Assembly (NCBI GenBank): GCA_965243135.1
Contig: OZ251539.1
Location: forward strand, 2,336,001 to 2,400,000
DNA from: Alphaproteobacteria bacterium
GTDB lineage: Bacteria > Pseudomonadota > Alphaproteobacteria > MPNO01 > UBA830
Reading direction: 5' to 3'
DNA length: 64,000 nt
Shown one piece after another: positions 49,629 to 60,117 of this stretch (positions within the stretch are counted from its first letter, which is position 1; each line of letters starts with the position of its first letter). A model generated the notes under the pieces. It saw nothing but the letters and a program-made list of their open reading frames with translations, made no database searches and had not been told where the DNA came from. Position numbers and translations under genes: made by a program.

Positions 49629-51157
49629 GTTCCCTTCCCGAACGTCCGATCTCGATGGTGGTCGGCGCCCTCGGCGGCGAGGGAGGCGGCGTGCTCACGA
49701 CCTGGATCGTTCGCGCAGCGGAACTATGCGGATTTCCGGTCCAATCGACTTCGATTCCCGGCGTCGCCCAGCGTACCGGAGCCACGACCTACTACGTCGA
49801 GATCTATCCCGCTCCTCACGATGCGCTGAAAGAGCGCCGGCCGGTGATGGCGCTCTACCCCGCTCCCGGCAACATGGATATCGTGATCACCTCCGAACTC
49901 ATGGAGGCGGGCCGCATGCTCGAAAGCGGCATGGTCACGTCCGACCGGACGACCTTGATCGCGTCTACGCATCGCGTCTATTCGATCTTCGAAAAATCGG
50001 CGATGGGCGACGGACTGTTCAGAAGCGAGAAGCTCGGCAACGCCGCGCAAAAGCTCAGCAAGCGCGCCGTGATGTTCGACATGGCGGCGCTCGCCGAGCG
50101 CGAGCGGACGGTCCTTAACGCCATCGTCCTGGGAGTGATCGCAGGATCGGGCGACCTGCCGATACCGGCCGAACGCTTCGAAGCCGCCGTGCGGGACGCC
50201 GGAGTGGCCGTGGAATCCAACCTGCGCGGTTTCGAGGCCGGTCTCGCCTACATGCGGGGCGAACTCGCGCTTCCCTCCCCGGAAGCGGCGAAAAAGACCC
50301 GTCCCGCCAGACCGAGCGCCGAAAGCCTGCTTTCCGAAGTGGCTTCGACCTACCCGGCGGAGACGCAAGCCGTCGTATCCGAGGGCGTCAAGCGACTGGT
50401 CGACTATCAGAATCCGGCATACGCCCGCCTCTATCTCGACCGGCTGGCCCCGATTTGCGCGATCGACCGGGAACGCGGCGGCGAGAACTGGACTCTGACG
50501 ATGGAGACCGGCCGTTATCTTGCGCTGATGATGTCCTACGAGGACATCATCCGCATATCCGATCTCAAGTCCCGACGGTCGCGCATGGAACGGCTGCGCG
50601 GCGAAGTGGCGGCGAAGCCGGGCGAGCCTGTGCGGATCACGGAATTCCTGAAACCCGGCTTCGACGAATTCACGTCGGTCATGCCGCCGTGGCTGGGCCG
50701 ACCGATCATGAACTGGGCCCGCGGCAACGACTGGGCGAAGGACTTCAACTTCGCCATGCGCGTGCGCACCGACACGATCTGGGGCTTTCTGCGGCTCCGA
50801 ACTCTGTCGAAACTGCGCTTCTTCCGACCGCGAACCTATCGCTACGCCGAAGAACAGCGGATGATCGAGTCGTGGCTCCGGACCATTCGGGAAGCCGCCG
50901 CGCGCCATTACGGGCTAGCCGTCGAAATCGCCGAACTTGCCAATCTGCGCAAAGGCTACGCCGATACCCACAAGCGCGGAATCGCCAATTTCTCGCGCAT
51001 CATGGACGGCATCGCGGCGCCCTGCGCCCGCGCCGAGCGGGATCCGGCCTGGGGCGCCGAGGCGATCGTGCGCGCCCGGGAAGCCGCGCTCGCCGACCCG
51101 GAAGGGGCGGCGCTCGGAAAGACGATGGCGGAACTGGAAGCCGTGGCCGCCGAATAG
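49625..51157 (+). CDS. iorB: Indolepyruvate oxidoreductase beta subunit family (long form)
   Basis: ALGGEGGGVL, STSIPGVAQRTGATTYY, MSYED.IR and LRKGYADTH.RG. Confidence 0.9.
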   Translation: MSSLPERPISMVVGALGGEGGGVLTTWIVRAAELCGFPVQSTSIPGVAQRTGATTYYVEIYPAPHDALKERRPVMALYPAPGNMDIVITSELMEAGRMLESGMVTSDRTTLIASTHRVYSIFEKSAMGDGLFRSEKLGNAAQKLSKRAVMFDMAALAERERTVLNAIVLGVIAGSGDLPIPAERFEAAVRDAGVAVESNLRGFEAGLAYMRGELALPSPEAAKKTRPARPSAESLLSEVASTYPAETQAVVSEGVKRLVDYQNPAYARLYLDRLAPICAIDRERGGENWTLTMETGRYLALMMSYEDIIRISDLKSRRSRMERLRGEVAAKPGEPVRITEFLKPGFDEFTSVMPPWLGRPIMNWARGNDWAKDFNFAMRVRTDTIWGFLRLRTLSKLRFFRPRTYRYAEEQRMIESWLRTIREAAARHYGLAVEIAELANLRKGYADTHKRGIANFSRIMDGIAAPCARAERDPAWGAEAIVRAREAALADPEGAALGKTMAELEAVAAE

Positions 51158-51387
51158 GCCGGTCGCCGACGAGACGGCAGGAAGACGAGGCGCGGCCCGC
51201 GCGTTCCGACCCCGAAGCGCGGAAACGTCGACCGCCCAAGGCGTCAACGAGAAATCATGCCGGAAAAATTCGAAGCGCTTGCGTCGACCCGCCTTCGCCG
51301 TTCCCCGCCTCGCAACTTCCGACGCGGCGCAGGCGGCGAAGGAGGCGTGGACGCCAGAACGGGAGAGGCAAGCGGCGCGACGGCCGG

Positions 51388-52302
51388 CTACTTCTTCTTC
51401 GGCAGAAACCTGTCGACGTTGGCCGAATCCACGAGAACGTGGTCGACATAGACCTTCCGATCGAACTGGCGGCCCTTCAGTTGCGCATCCATCGTATCGA
51501 CGCCGAGAATTCCCCACGCGACCGGATTTAGCGCCACCGTGAGGCCCATGTCCCCGCGCTTGACCGCGAACCTCGCCGGCGGAATGCCGTTCATCCCGGT
51601 AACGATCACCTTCCCTTTCAAGCCGGCCGCCGCGACGGCCTGCGCCGCGCCCAATCCGAGCTCGTCGTTGGCGCCGTAGATCGCGTCGAGATCCGGGTGG
51701 GCGACCAAGGCGTCTTCGCTGTACTTCAGGCCGTTCTCGCGGGTGAGCAGCATCTCGTGGCGGAACACGATCTCTATCCCCGGATGCTTCGCCATTTCGT
51801 CCGCGTAACCGGCGGCGAAGTTGATGAAGGCCTGCGCGCCCGCCGGGCCGGCCAGCATCGCGACCTTCCCCTTGCCGTCCAGCCGTTCGGCGGTCCACGC
51901 GGCGATCTCGCCTCCGACGAGGGTTTCGTTCACCGCGATGTGGAGCAACTGATCCTTGCAGGCGGAACCGCGCGCGATCGACATCATGGGAATCCCCGCC
52001 TGCTTCGCCTTCGTATACGCGGAACACAACGCGCGCGCGTCGATCGGCGAAATCAGAATGCCGTCGACCTTCTTGGCGATCAGGTCGCCTACCCCGTTCA
52101 ACTGCTTCGCAATGTCTTCCTCCGCATTCACCACGGACACCTCGTGACCGAGCTCCGCAGCCCGCTTCTTCATGCCGTCGAGCATCGCGATGTAAAACGG
52201 ATTGGTGTCGGAGGCGAGCGCGACGCCGATCGTTCCCGCATTCGCGCTTCCCCAACCGGCCGCAAGCCACGCCGCGGCGGCAATCGCAATAAATTTCCTC
52301 AT
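51388..52302 (-). CDS. Sugar ABC substrate-binding protein (RbsB-like)
   Basis: Signal peptide, NPFY, KVDGILISP and IYGANDELGLGA. Confidence 0.9.
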   Translation of the reverse strand: MRKFIAIAAAAWLAAGWGSANAGTIGVALASDTNPFYIAMLDGMKKRAAELGHEVSVVNAEEDIAKQLNGVGDLIAKKVDGILISPIDARALCSAYTKAKQAGIPMMSIARGSACKDQLLHIAVNETLVGGEIAAWTAERLDGKGKVAMLAGPAGAQAFINFAAGYADEMAKHPGIEIVFRHEMLLTRENGLKYSEDALVAHPDLDAIYGANDELGLGAAQAVAAAGLKGKVIVTGMNGIPPARFAVKRGDMGLTVALNPVAWGILGVDTMDAQLKGRQFDRKVYVDHVLVDSANVDRFLPKKK

Positions 52303-52348
52303 GATTCGAACCTCCCTCGTCAGTCTATCATGAAGGCTCTTGCGAGGC

Positions 52349-53302
52349 CTATCCTCTGCGCAGCCGGTCGGCGGCCGCGGCGGCGACGATGACGGCGCCG
52401 ACCGCGACTTGCTGCCAGTAGGAATGAACGTTGGCCAGATTGAGCGCGTTGGCGAGCACGATCATGATGAACACTCCAATGACGGTCTTGTAGAGCTTTC
52501 CTTCGCCTCCGAACAGCGACGCTCCGCCGAGAACGACGGCGGCGATAGCCGTCAATTCGTAGAAAATGCCCGCGGTCGGCTGGCCGGACTGCAGACGCGA
52601 ACACAGCATGACCCCTCCGGTTCCCGCGAGAGCGCCGCACCAGACGTACGCCGACATGCGGACTCTGACGATGTCGACGCCCGCGAGATACGCCGCTTCG
52701 GCGTTGCCGCCCGTCGCGAATATACGCAGCCCGTAGGCCGTGCGATGCAACATCCAGTGAAACGCGACGAAGACCGCCACCGGGAACAGAACGAGATAGG
52801 GAATGCCGAAAAGACGCTCGATCGCGAAGTCGAGAAACGGTCCGGGCAATCCCTCGTCGCCGACGACGGGACGCCCTCCGGTGATCAGAAACGTCGCGCC
52901 GCGAAAGGCGACCATGGTGCCCAGGGTGGCGATGAACGGGTTGACGTCGAGCCTGGTGACGATCAGCCCGTTGACGAGCCCGACGCCGGCTCCGACCAGG
53001 ATGCCCGCGGCAACGCCCGCGACGGCGCCGAACTCCAGCATTGCCATCGCGGCGACGCAGCCCGACAGGGCGACCACCGACCCGACGGAGAGATCGAAGC
53101 CGCCGCACACGATCACGTAGGTCATCCCGATCGCGATGACCGTCATGACGGCGCCCTGCACGAGCACGTTGTTGATGTTGATGGGCGACAGGAAACGCGA
53201 AGACAACAAGGCGGCGACCACGCAAAGCGCGATCAGGGCGAGCAGCGGCATCTGGTTCCAGAGGACCGTCTTCGTCCCTGCGTTCCGCCATGCAATCCGC
53301 AT
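52349..53302 (-). CDS. Sugar ABC permease (RbsC-like)
   Basis: GGFDLSVGS, PFIATLG, GGNAEAA and YEL.AIAAVVLGG.SL.GG.G. Confidence 0.92.
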   Translation of the reverse strand: MRIAWRNAGTKTVLWNQMPLLALIALCVVAALLSSRFLSPININNVLVQGAVMTVIAIGMTYVIVCGGFDLSVGSVVALSGCVAAMAMLEFGAVAGVAAGILVGAGVGLVNGLIVTRLDVNPFIATLGTMVAFRGATFLITGGRPVVGDEGLPGPFLDFAIERLFGIPYLVLFPVAVFVAFHWMLHRTAYGLRIFATGGNAEAAYLAGVDIVRVRMSAYVWCGALAGTGGVMLCSRLQSGQPTAGIFYELTAIAAVVLGGASLFGGEGKLYKTVIGVFIMIVLANALNLANVHSYWQQVAVGAVIVAAAAADRLRRG

Positions 53303-54768
53303 CACCGTCCCCCCAGCAGTTCCCGCAATCTGCCCTCCGTGTACTCGCCGTCGCGAGTCAGCTTCGCGACCGCCTCGCCGGCCCGGAGGACGATGACGCG
53401 ATCGCTCGCCGAAATCACTTCGATCAATTCGGAAGATGCGAACAGGATGCCGCCGCCCTGCGCCGCGAACCGGTCCATCAGGCGATGAATCTGGGCCTTT
53501 GCGGCGACATCGATTCCATGGGTCGGCTCGTCGAGCAGCAAGACGGTCGCTTGCCCGGCAAGCCAGCGGGCGAAGACGACCTTCTGCTGGTTGCCGCCGG
53601 ACAGTTCGCGAACCGGCCTGTCCGGATCGCGGGGCCGGATGTCCAATTTTTCCATCAGATCGTCGACGAGGTCGTCGACGGCGCGCCTGTCGAGACCCAG
53701 CGGGCGGGCAAAACGGGCGAGATTCGGCAAAACGACGTTCTCCCGCACGGTCAACCCCATAACCAGTCCCAACGCCCGTTCCCCGGGCACCAGGCCCAAG
53801 CCGCGCCCGATGGCGTCCTTCGGACTGCGCAACGGCGTCGAAACGCCGTTTATCCGTACGGACCCGCGAACCGCGCCGTAGAGACGTTTCAGCACGTCGG
53901 CAGCGCCGCTGCCGAGAAGCCCGGCGAGTCCCACGACCTCGCCGACGCCAACCTCGACGCCGACGCCCTCGAGCAGGGCGCCGCCATTCCGTCCGCGATC
54001 GCCGCGGTGCAGACTCCGCCGGAGGTCGCGCCCCGTCATCAGTTCCGCCATGTCCCGCTGCGTGAACTCGCCGCGTCGGCCTTCCCCCACCTTGCGCCCG
54101 TCGCGCAACACCGTGACGCGATCCGCGATCCGTTCCACTTCGTCCAGACGATGCGACACGTAGATCAGGCCGACGCCCTCCCGCTTGAGAGCTTGAATCA
54201 CGTCGAACAGCCTGTCGACCTCGCGCGCTTCGAGCGACGCCGTCGGCTCGTCGAGCACAAGAATCCTGGCGTCGGAAGCGAGCGCTCGCGCAATCATTAC
54301 GAGCTGGCGTTCCGCATATCCGAGAGCGCCGACGGCCGCGTCGACGTCGACCTCCAGATCGAGCCGCCCGACAAGCTCGGCGGCGGCGGCGCGCAGGACG
54401 GAACGGTCGATTTCCCGCAGCAGTCCCAACCGCGACCTGACCGGGATTCGTCCGAGAAGCACGTTCTCGGCAACGGTCCGCGCAGGCACGACATGCATTT
54501 CCTGAGGAATGACCACGATGCCGGAGCGGATGGCTTCGCCCGGGGTGGCGTGTTCGACCCGCCGGCCGCCGAGCCTGATTTCTCCCGCGTCCGGCCTGTG
54601 CACGCCGCCGAAAATCTTCACCAGGGTCGACTTGCCAGCGCCGTTCTCGCCGATCAGGGCGTGGACTTCGCCGCGCCGGACCTCGAAGGAGACGTCGTCC
54701 AGAGCGCGGGTCGCGAGAAAGTTCTTCGAGATCCCGTGCGCGACCGCAAGGGGAAGCGAAGCGTTCAA
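53302..54768 (-). CDS. Sugar ABC ATP-binding protein (RbsA-like)
   Basis: GENGAGKST, LDEPTASL, SHRLDE, LSGGNQQKV and DEPTHGIDV. TTG start overlaps the upstream stop. Confidence 0.92.
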   Translation of the reverse strand: MNASLPLAVAHGISKNFLATRALDDVSFEVRRGEVHALIGENGAGKSTLVKIFGGVHRPDAGEIRLGGRRVEHATPGEAIRSGIVVIPQEMHVVPARTVAENVLLGRIPVRSRLGLLREIDRSVLRAAAAELVGRLDLEVDVDAAVGALGYAERQLVMIARALASDARILVLDEPTASLEAREVDRLFDVIQALKREGVGLIYVSHRLDEVERIADRVTVLRDGRKVGEGRRGEFTQRDMAELMTGRDLRRSLHRGDRGRNGGALLEGVGVEVGVGEVVGLAGLLGSGAADVLKRLYGAVRGSVRINGVSTPLRSPKDAIGRGLGLVPGERALGLVMGLTVRENVVLPNLARFARPLGLDRRAVDDLVDDLMEKLDIRPRDPDRPVRELSGGNQQKVVFARWLAGQATVLLLDEPTHGIDVAAKAQIHRLMDRFAAQGGGILFASSELIEVISASDRVIVLRAGEAVAKLTRDGEYTEGRLRELLGGR

Positions 54769-55589
54769 TGCGCCGCCATCCACGCGACAGCGCGCGGCGC
54801 CCAAGGCCCGTCGGCCTCGCCTCCGGCGAGGCTGGCGCCGAAATGATCCCTCGCGTCCAGAACCACGACCTCGGCATCGCCGCCGACGCTCCGCAACGTC
54901 GCCGCCATCGCTTCGGCCTGCGTCTTCAAATGGGGAAAATCCTCTCCGCCGTAGGCGATCAGAAACGAACACGGCCGTTCCTTCACGTGGAGAACGGGGC
55001 TCGCGTCCCGATCGTTTTCCTCCGCGCCGAGAAACCGCGGGCGCATCGACAGGCCCGATCCCTCCCCGAACATGTAGACGCCGGAAATGGGCAGGCAGCC
55101 GCGGATCGCGTCCGGGGGAAGATCCCGCGTTCGCCGCCATTCTTCGGTGACCGCCAGCAGGGACGCGTAGTGACCGCCCGCGGAATGGCCGCCGACGAAC
55201 AGACGGGACGGATCTCCCCCGTATCGATGGATTTCCCGGAAAACCAGGGCGATCGCGTCGGCCACGTCGTCCCGTCCGGCGGGAAAAACGTGGAGCGGCG
55301 CGAGACGATATCCGACGGAGCAGAACGTGACGCCTTGGGACAGGAGCGCCGGCGCCATGAAGTTCATGTGCTCCTTGTAGCCCGAGGTCCATCCGCCGCC
55401 GTGCACGAAAACCAGCACGTCTCCGTTGGGCTCGGCGGGCGCATGAACCGCAACCGCCTGATAGGGATCGCCGCCGTAGGACAGTTCGGCGTCGGGAGCG
55501 ACGCCGGCTCCGCGCCGCGTCACTTCTTCCACGTAAGAGCGGGCGATTTCCGAAAAAGGCTCCTGCGGCGGATATTCCTCGGGCCGCAT
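54765..55589 (-). CDS. Alpha/beta hydrolase, HSL-like (arylformamidase-like)
   Basis: FVHGGGW, YRLAP, GHSAGGH, ISGVY and DHF. Confidence 0.88.
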   Translation of the reverse strand: MRPEEYPPQEPFSEIARSYVEEVTRRGAGVAPDAELSYGGDPYQAVAVHAPAEPNGDVLVFVHGGGWTSGYKEHMNFMAPALLSQGVTFCSVGYRLAPLHVFPAGRDDVADAIALVFREIHRYGGDPSRLFVGGHSAGGHYASLLAVTEEWRRTRDLPPDAIRGCLPISGVYMFGEGSGLSMRPRFLGAEENDRDASPVLHVKERPCSFLIAYGGEDFPHLKTQAEAMAATLRSVGGDAEVVVLDARDHFGASLAGGEADGPWAPRAVAWMAAH

Positions 55590-55592
55590 CGT

Positions 55593-56666
55593 TCAGCGGT
55601 CCACCCGTCGAACGATCATGCTTTCGTCCACGACCCTGCCCCGGTCGATGACCGTGTCGTTGTCCAGAACGACCGTGCAGCCGCGCATCGGCACGTCGTA
55701 ATGGCCTTTGGTCGTGCGAGTCCCGCCCCCTTCGCTGTTGGGGCCGGTCGAGAACAGGAAATTCCCGGCGAACGCGCGCGCCGAAGCGTAGGTGCGATCG
55801 GGGTCGTCGCCGTAGAGCGCCAGCGCGTCCCAGCGCGACTGCGGATTCAGGCCCCAACCGAGATGCGAAAGATGATGGCCGTCGAGGTCGTCCGGGTCCG
55901 CCTTGTTGTCTTCGAGCCAGTGCTCCATCAGCCTGGCGTCCATGCCGCCGGAAATCTTTCTGATGCAGCCGTCTTCGATCTCGAGGCGAATTTCGTCCTG
56001 CACGTAGCGGTTGTACGGCAGGACGACCATGTCGCCCGGCTGGACGACTACCGTGCCGCGGGCGGATTTTTCGTTGGGAAACGTGTGCACGTGGCCGGCG
56101 CCCCAGTGATCGAAGCGCCCGGGAGCGTCCGCGTACCCGTACTGAATCATGGTCGGATATTCGCCGCATTCGTAAGCCAGATCGGTCCCGGCGTCGCTCG
56201 TGACCCGGACGGAACTGGTCGCTTCGAGCCGCTTGCCGGCGCGGATCACGGCTTCGCGCAGTCCGGGAGGCGCCATGAGCTGCTCCAGATCGTCGGGGGC
56301 GTCGATGATCATCAGCACTCGCGTGCCGGCTCCGCGAACGGTCTTCATCCACCTGGTGAACAACGGAATATGGAGGCAGACGAGCATGTCCGCCGCGCAC
56401 AGGGCCTCGAGCGTCCCTTTGCAGGCGCCGATCGTCTCCACCCCGACCTTCGTCCACGACGGGATCGAATTCACGCAAAGTTCGTAAGCGTCGGCGCCCA
56501 GTTCCGACGCCGCTGCGAAAGACGCCTGCACGTATTCGCGTCTGGAGTTCAGATCGGAGAGCAGCGCGACGGTCTCGCCCTCCCTGACTTCGCACAACGC
56601 GAACTCCTCGCGGAACAACGCCGCGAGCCTGGCCGGATTCAATTCCTGCGTGCGCATGACGAGCAT
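55593..56666 (-). CDS. nicX: 2,5-dihydroxypyridine 5,6-dioxygenase (NicX)-like protein
   Basis: QYGYAD.PGRFDHW, SHLGWGLNP and ARAF.GNFLFSTGPN.E.GG.R.T..H.D.P match NicX, including the His/His/Asp iron ligands. Exact substrate not established. Confidence 0.8.
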   Translation of the reverse strand: MLVMRTQELNPARLAALFREEFALCEVREGETVALLSDLNSRREYVQASFAAASELGADAYELCVNSIPSWTKVGVETIGACKGTLEALCAADMLVCLHIPLFTRWMKTVRGAGTRVLMIIDAPDDLEQLMAPPGLREAVIRAGKRLEATSSVRVTSDAGTDLAYECGEYPTMIQYGYADAPGRFDHWGAGHVHTFPNEKSARGTVVVQPGDMVVLPYNRYVQDEIRLEIEDGCIRKISGGMDARLMEHWLEDNKADPDDLDGHHLSHLGWGLNPQSRWDALALYGDDPDRTYASARAFAGNFLFSTGPNSEGGGTRTTKGHYDVPMRGCTVVLDNDTVIDRGRVVDESMIVRRVDR

Positions 56667-57118
56667 CCTTCGTGATTGACGGTCACGCTCGCGAAGCCCC
56701 TGCCCCGAACGAATTCCGCGCACTCGAACGAGTTCGACCGGCGGCGAAGCAGGCCGACGCATGACGCCGGGCGAATCTCGGCAACGAAAAAACGCGAACC
56801 AAGGACGCCATCGAACGAACCCGAAGCATAGCGGCGTCGGCCTCGGAAGCAAAGCGCCCTCTTGCCCCGCCCGCCCGTCGAAGCCGCCCGGCGACTCGGC
56901 GAGCGCGCCGGTCCATGAAGCCCTCTTCCCGGACGAGACCGTGATCGCTGCAAGCCCTCGACGGCCTCCGCGCATTCCGCGCTTTCGACGGCGCGTCCAC
57001 GAGACTTCAGGCTATCATGAAAGGAGCCCTGTCCGCGGAACCAGGGCGAGCCACCGACGCGATTGCGGGGCCGGCGTCGGAAAATCCCCGAAAGCCGCAA
57101 AGCCGAAAGCTGCCGCCA

Positions 57119-57847
57119 TCAAACAAGAGGCACGAAATCGTCGCCCGACATCGGCTTGTGCTCGTTCCACCGGCCCTGCATCTCGATCAGAACGCGCTGC
57201 CGCGAAGGCGCAGGTTGCGGATTGATTTTCACGACGCGAGCTCCGTAACTCGGAGATTCCGTCAGCGCTGCGGCCAGTTCCCCCTCAAGATAACGCGGCG
57301 CCCAACCGATCATCTGGTAGTCTTCAGTCTGAATCTGCACTGCGATTCCGGTCGCCGGATTCGTCAATTCCAGCGCCAAGTGCAACGTTTCGTTCGCATT
57401 CAAGAAACTGATCCGTGCCCTTGCGGCGGGATTCACGCGTCGGTGGCCGAGCAGGAAAAAGCGACAGAAAAATTTTCCGTCTTCTTGCTTGACGATTTTT
57501 GGAAATACCTCGTAGTGATCGGTCACGCGGTATCCGCCGTTTACCGACAAAATTTCGAATGGATCCGCGTTATCGCCAAGGTCAAGATGGCGCAAGTAAT
57601 CGCCCCGGTCCGGTCTTCCCCGCGCGATAATGCGATTCTTGAACAATGAAAAAAGTTCGGACGACCGATAATCCTCCTCGAAATCCGGAAAATCGTATAG
57701 CGGCGGAAAGCCAACCTCCTCTTCGGCTCGCTTTGCGCCGTGGATATAACGAAACCGATAAAACGAAGGTTCGAGATCCAGCCTGCCGATCGGAAACCAT
57801 CGGCGGGACCTCTGCTTGTCCTGCCATGCCAGGAACAGAGTGTTCAT
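57119..57847 (-). CDS. HipA N-terminal (HipS-like) plus HIRAN-type domain protein
   Basis: LFLAWQD...WFPIGRL...YRFRY..GA...F.PL..FPD...Y.S.ELF..F.NR...RPD...GG.R.TD.YE.FP, then LE.TNP...A...MIGWAPRYL. ATGA overlap with the upstream hipA remnant. Confidence 0.8.
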   Translation of the reverse strand: MNTLFLAWQDKQRSRRWFPIGRLDLEPSFYRFRYIHGAKRAEEEVGFPPLYDFPDFEEDYRSSELFSLFKNRIIARGRPDRGDYLRHLDLGDNADPFEILSVNGGYRVTDHYEVFPKIVKQEDGKFFCRFFLLGHRRVNPAARARISFLNANETLHLALELTNPATGIAVQIQTEDYQMIGWAPRYLEGELAAALTESPSYGARVVKINPQPAPSRQRVLIEMQGRWNEHKPMSGDDFVPLV

Positions 57848-58110
57848 ACCGCGAGGCTCCGCAGTTGCTCAAGATTGTAGTTCAACAAGGCGCGGGCGAA
57901 CGATCGTTGGGACGAAGTCATCCAGCCTTCCGGCACGCGCTCGACGAGGTCGCTCAATCGTCGCGCATCCAGTTTTTCCAGTTTTCTCAACCCCGGAATC
58001 ACGAGGTCAGTATAACGTCGATGCGCCCGCCGCGCAAGTTCCAACGGCCTAGGCGCCCGCCTTTCGTTTTCGCACACGCGTCATGCCTTTCCGCATAGCT
58101 CGACCCTTTG
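57844..58110 (-). pseudogene. C-terminal fragment of a HipA-like kinase
   Basis: Frameshifted SYAER.../ERRAPRPLELARRA...LVERVPEGWMT..QRSFA.ALL.YNL..LR resembles the C-terminus of kinases found upstream of HIRAN genes. Its stop is coupled to the HIRAN start. Confidence 0.65.
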
Positions 58111-58133
58111 GAATAAGGCTATCCCGGTGCTCA

Positions 58134-58784
58134 TCAACTCTTTGTCCCGGAAAACGCACTCCGCAGACGATGGCGCACTTGAGGAACATCGTGGAACACT
58201 GCCATCCATACCGACCAAAAGCCGCTCGCCTCAGCAATCATGATCACGATGTCGACATCGGCATTTCCTTCCTCCAGCTTTTGCCGAACTTGTTCGGCTT
58301 TTCCCCAAGTCTCTTTACGTTGACGCCAACGTAAATCCTTAGCCTGTTGCAATGATCTTCTATTTCGTCGAGGGATATGATTAAGACCAACGAGTTCCAA
58401 TAGCGCTTGCGCTCGGGCGCGATCCCCAACAGATAGTTCCGCGCTCGTATTCACGATCCCATCTGACGAATACCGAAATGCCGCCTCGGTGTCGTCTTGA
58501 TCAGGCCACATGTATCCGTACCGCGACCTATTTCGATCACTCTTCCGAGAGTTGCAATTTCTGCAAGCAAGAAGAAAATTCGTCCATTCTCTTTCCAAAT
58601 TCGGACAATGAATTTTTGGTACAACATGTTCGATATCCAAATAGTACCCCTTGCGTTCGCAATAGCTGCAGTATCCCCCAATTCGGCGCAGAAGATCGTT
58701 CTTTGCGTCATGATAGGTTGAAAAAGATACCGGATTCCCTCGGTCATCCATTGGACACGGTCCTCGATCAATAGGCCGCATCAT
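58134..58784 (-). CDS. HNH endonuclease (PtuB-like)
   Basis: YCSYCE...IEHVVPK...W.NFLLAC.NCNS.K, WPD and GFWSVWM.VF. GGAG RBS and AT-richer sequence. Confidence 0.9.
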   Translation of the reverse strand: MMRPIDRGPCPMDDRGNPVSFSTYHDAKNDLLRRIGGYCSYCERKGYYLDIEHVVPKIHCPNLEREWTNFLLACRNCNSRKSDRNRSRYGYMWPDQDDTEAAFRYSSDGIVNTSAELSVGDRARAQALLELVGLNHIPRRNRRSLQQAKDLRWRQRKETWGKAEQVRQKLEEGNADVDIVIMIAEASGFWSVWMAVFHDVPQVRHRLRSAFSGTKS

Positions 58785-58824
58785 TAGCTCCTATTGGTTC
58801 AAACCAATTTTCCTTATGACGACT

Positions 58825-60117
58825 TCATTCAAGTCCGCCGGATTTTCTATGCATGCGCAAGAAAGCAAGATAGGCAGGGTCGTCTCCAAAGGGTTCCTCC
58901 AGATTGTCAAGTTTGTGTCGAAGATTCTTGACTTTCTCAACGTTCCGACCTTCGCCATGCTCGATAAGTTCAAAATATTCTTCCGCCGCGTGCAGCATGT
59001 TCCAAAAGCGCTTGCTCCGTTGCGGCAAATCAACCCCCATAATATTTTCGGTAACGTCCTCTATGCTTTGTCGATGTACCGGCTCCAGATAATCTGATTC
59101 CCTGTCCAGATTGGCTACAGCGCCTGACTCCATGGATTGAATAATAAAAGGCGAATGAGTTGTAGCGACAAATTGCAAACTTGGAAATGTTTCGCTGAGA
59201 TCCTGCACTACGCTTCGCTGCCATCTTGGATGAAGGTGCAGATCGATTTCATCGATCAACACAATGCCCGGTGTTTCTACATGCGCTTGTCCGCGCAAAT
59301 GTGGGTTGAGCTCGGCGCATCGTACGGCGATATCGGCGACTGTCGCTGCCATGGTCCGCTGGCCACCGCTCAGCGACCAAAGCGGAAGCCGGTGACTATC
59401 TCCAAATTCGACGACGATATCGTCTTCCTCGAAATCGAAGATGACGGAACGCGCGCCTTCGACGCATTTTGCGATCACTTGGTACACGGCGTCGAGAGTT
59501 TCCAATCTTTCGCCGTTCTGCGCTTGTATCAAAGCCAGACGCTTTACCCAAGCGGTCATGCGCTGCGCCGACGACGACGGCTCGAGACAGTTTCGATAGC
59601 CGGCATAACGAGTTTCTCTCTTTGTCGGATTCAGAAAACGCCTGTCCATAGATCTTTGCTGAATCCATAAACGGCCGGTTCCATAATATCCTATAAACGG
59701 AAATATAACATTTTCCCCACTCGTGCTCTGCCGAACCAAATCGGCCATCTTGTATCGAATATTATTTGCCTCGGAACGGGACGTCTTGCCTTTCTCTGTT
59801 CTCAATTCGCGTGACCAGAATTGCTCTTTTTCCGCAACCAATCCGTTCACTTCTATGCGGGCCGGATAATATTCAACGCATTGCCGTGTTTCACCGGATT
59901 TCCGGTAGGTGCGACGCACATCCCGACGATAGATCGATACTCCCTTCGCATCCGGTATATTGAGCAATGCAGATCCCGCCGCTACTGCCAACGCATCAAG
60001 CAGCGTTGTCTTGCCGCTTCCGTTTACGCCCACCAGCAACGTGAATCGTTTATCCAAAACAAAAGTTCGGTTTTCGAAACACCGAAAATTCTGGATTCGA
60101 AGTCGGTCTATCCGCAT
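58825..60117 (-). CDS. ABC-type AAA ATPase (PtuA-like)
   Basis: NFRCF, GVNGSGKT, YYGTGRLW, LSGGQ, LIDEIDLHLHPRWQ and TTHSP. AT-richer sequence, directly upstream of the HNH gene. Confidence 0.9.
   Translation of the reverse strand: MRIDRLRIQNFRCFENRTFVLDKRFTLLVGVNGSGKTTLLDALAVAAGSALLNIPDAKGVSIYRRDVRRTYRKSGETRQCVEYYPARIEVNGLVAEKEQFWSRELRTEKGKTSRSEANNIRYKMADLVRQSTSGENVIFPFIGYYGTGRLWIQQRSMDRRFLNPTKRETRYAGYRNCLEPSSSAQRMTAWVKRLALIQAQNGERLETLDAVYQVIAKCVEGARSVIFDFEEDDIVVEFGDSHRLPLWSLSGGQRTMAATVADIAVRCAELNPHLRGQAHVETPGIVLIDEIDLHLHPRWQRSVVQDLSETFPSLQFVATTHSPFIIQSMESGAVANLDRESDYLEPVHRQSIEDVTENIMGVDLPQRSKRFWNMLHAAEEYFELIEHGEGRNVEKVKNLRHKLDNLEEPFGDDPAYLAFLRMHRKSGGLE

Noticed and set aside
53302-56595. 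Apparent giant ORFs or fusions in the track (1097 aa; also 16839-19334, 18803-21496, 38469-40961, 39878-42577)
   Set aside because: The N-terminal extensions are read-through of alternate frames over neighbouring genes. The true starts are internal, with an RBS or stop-start coupling.
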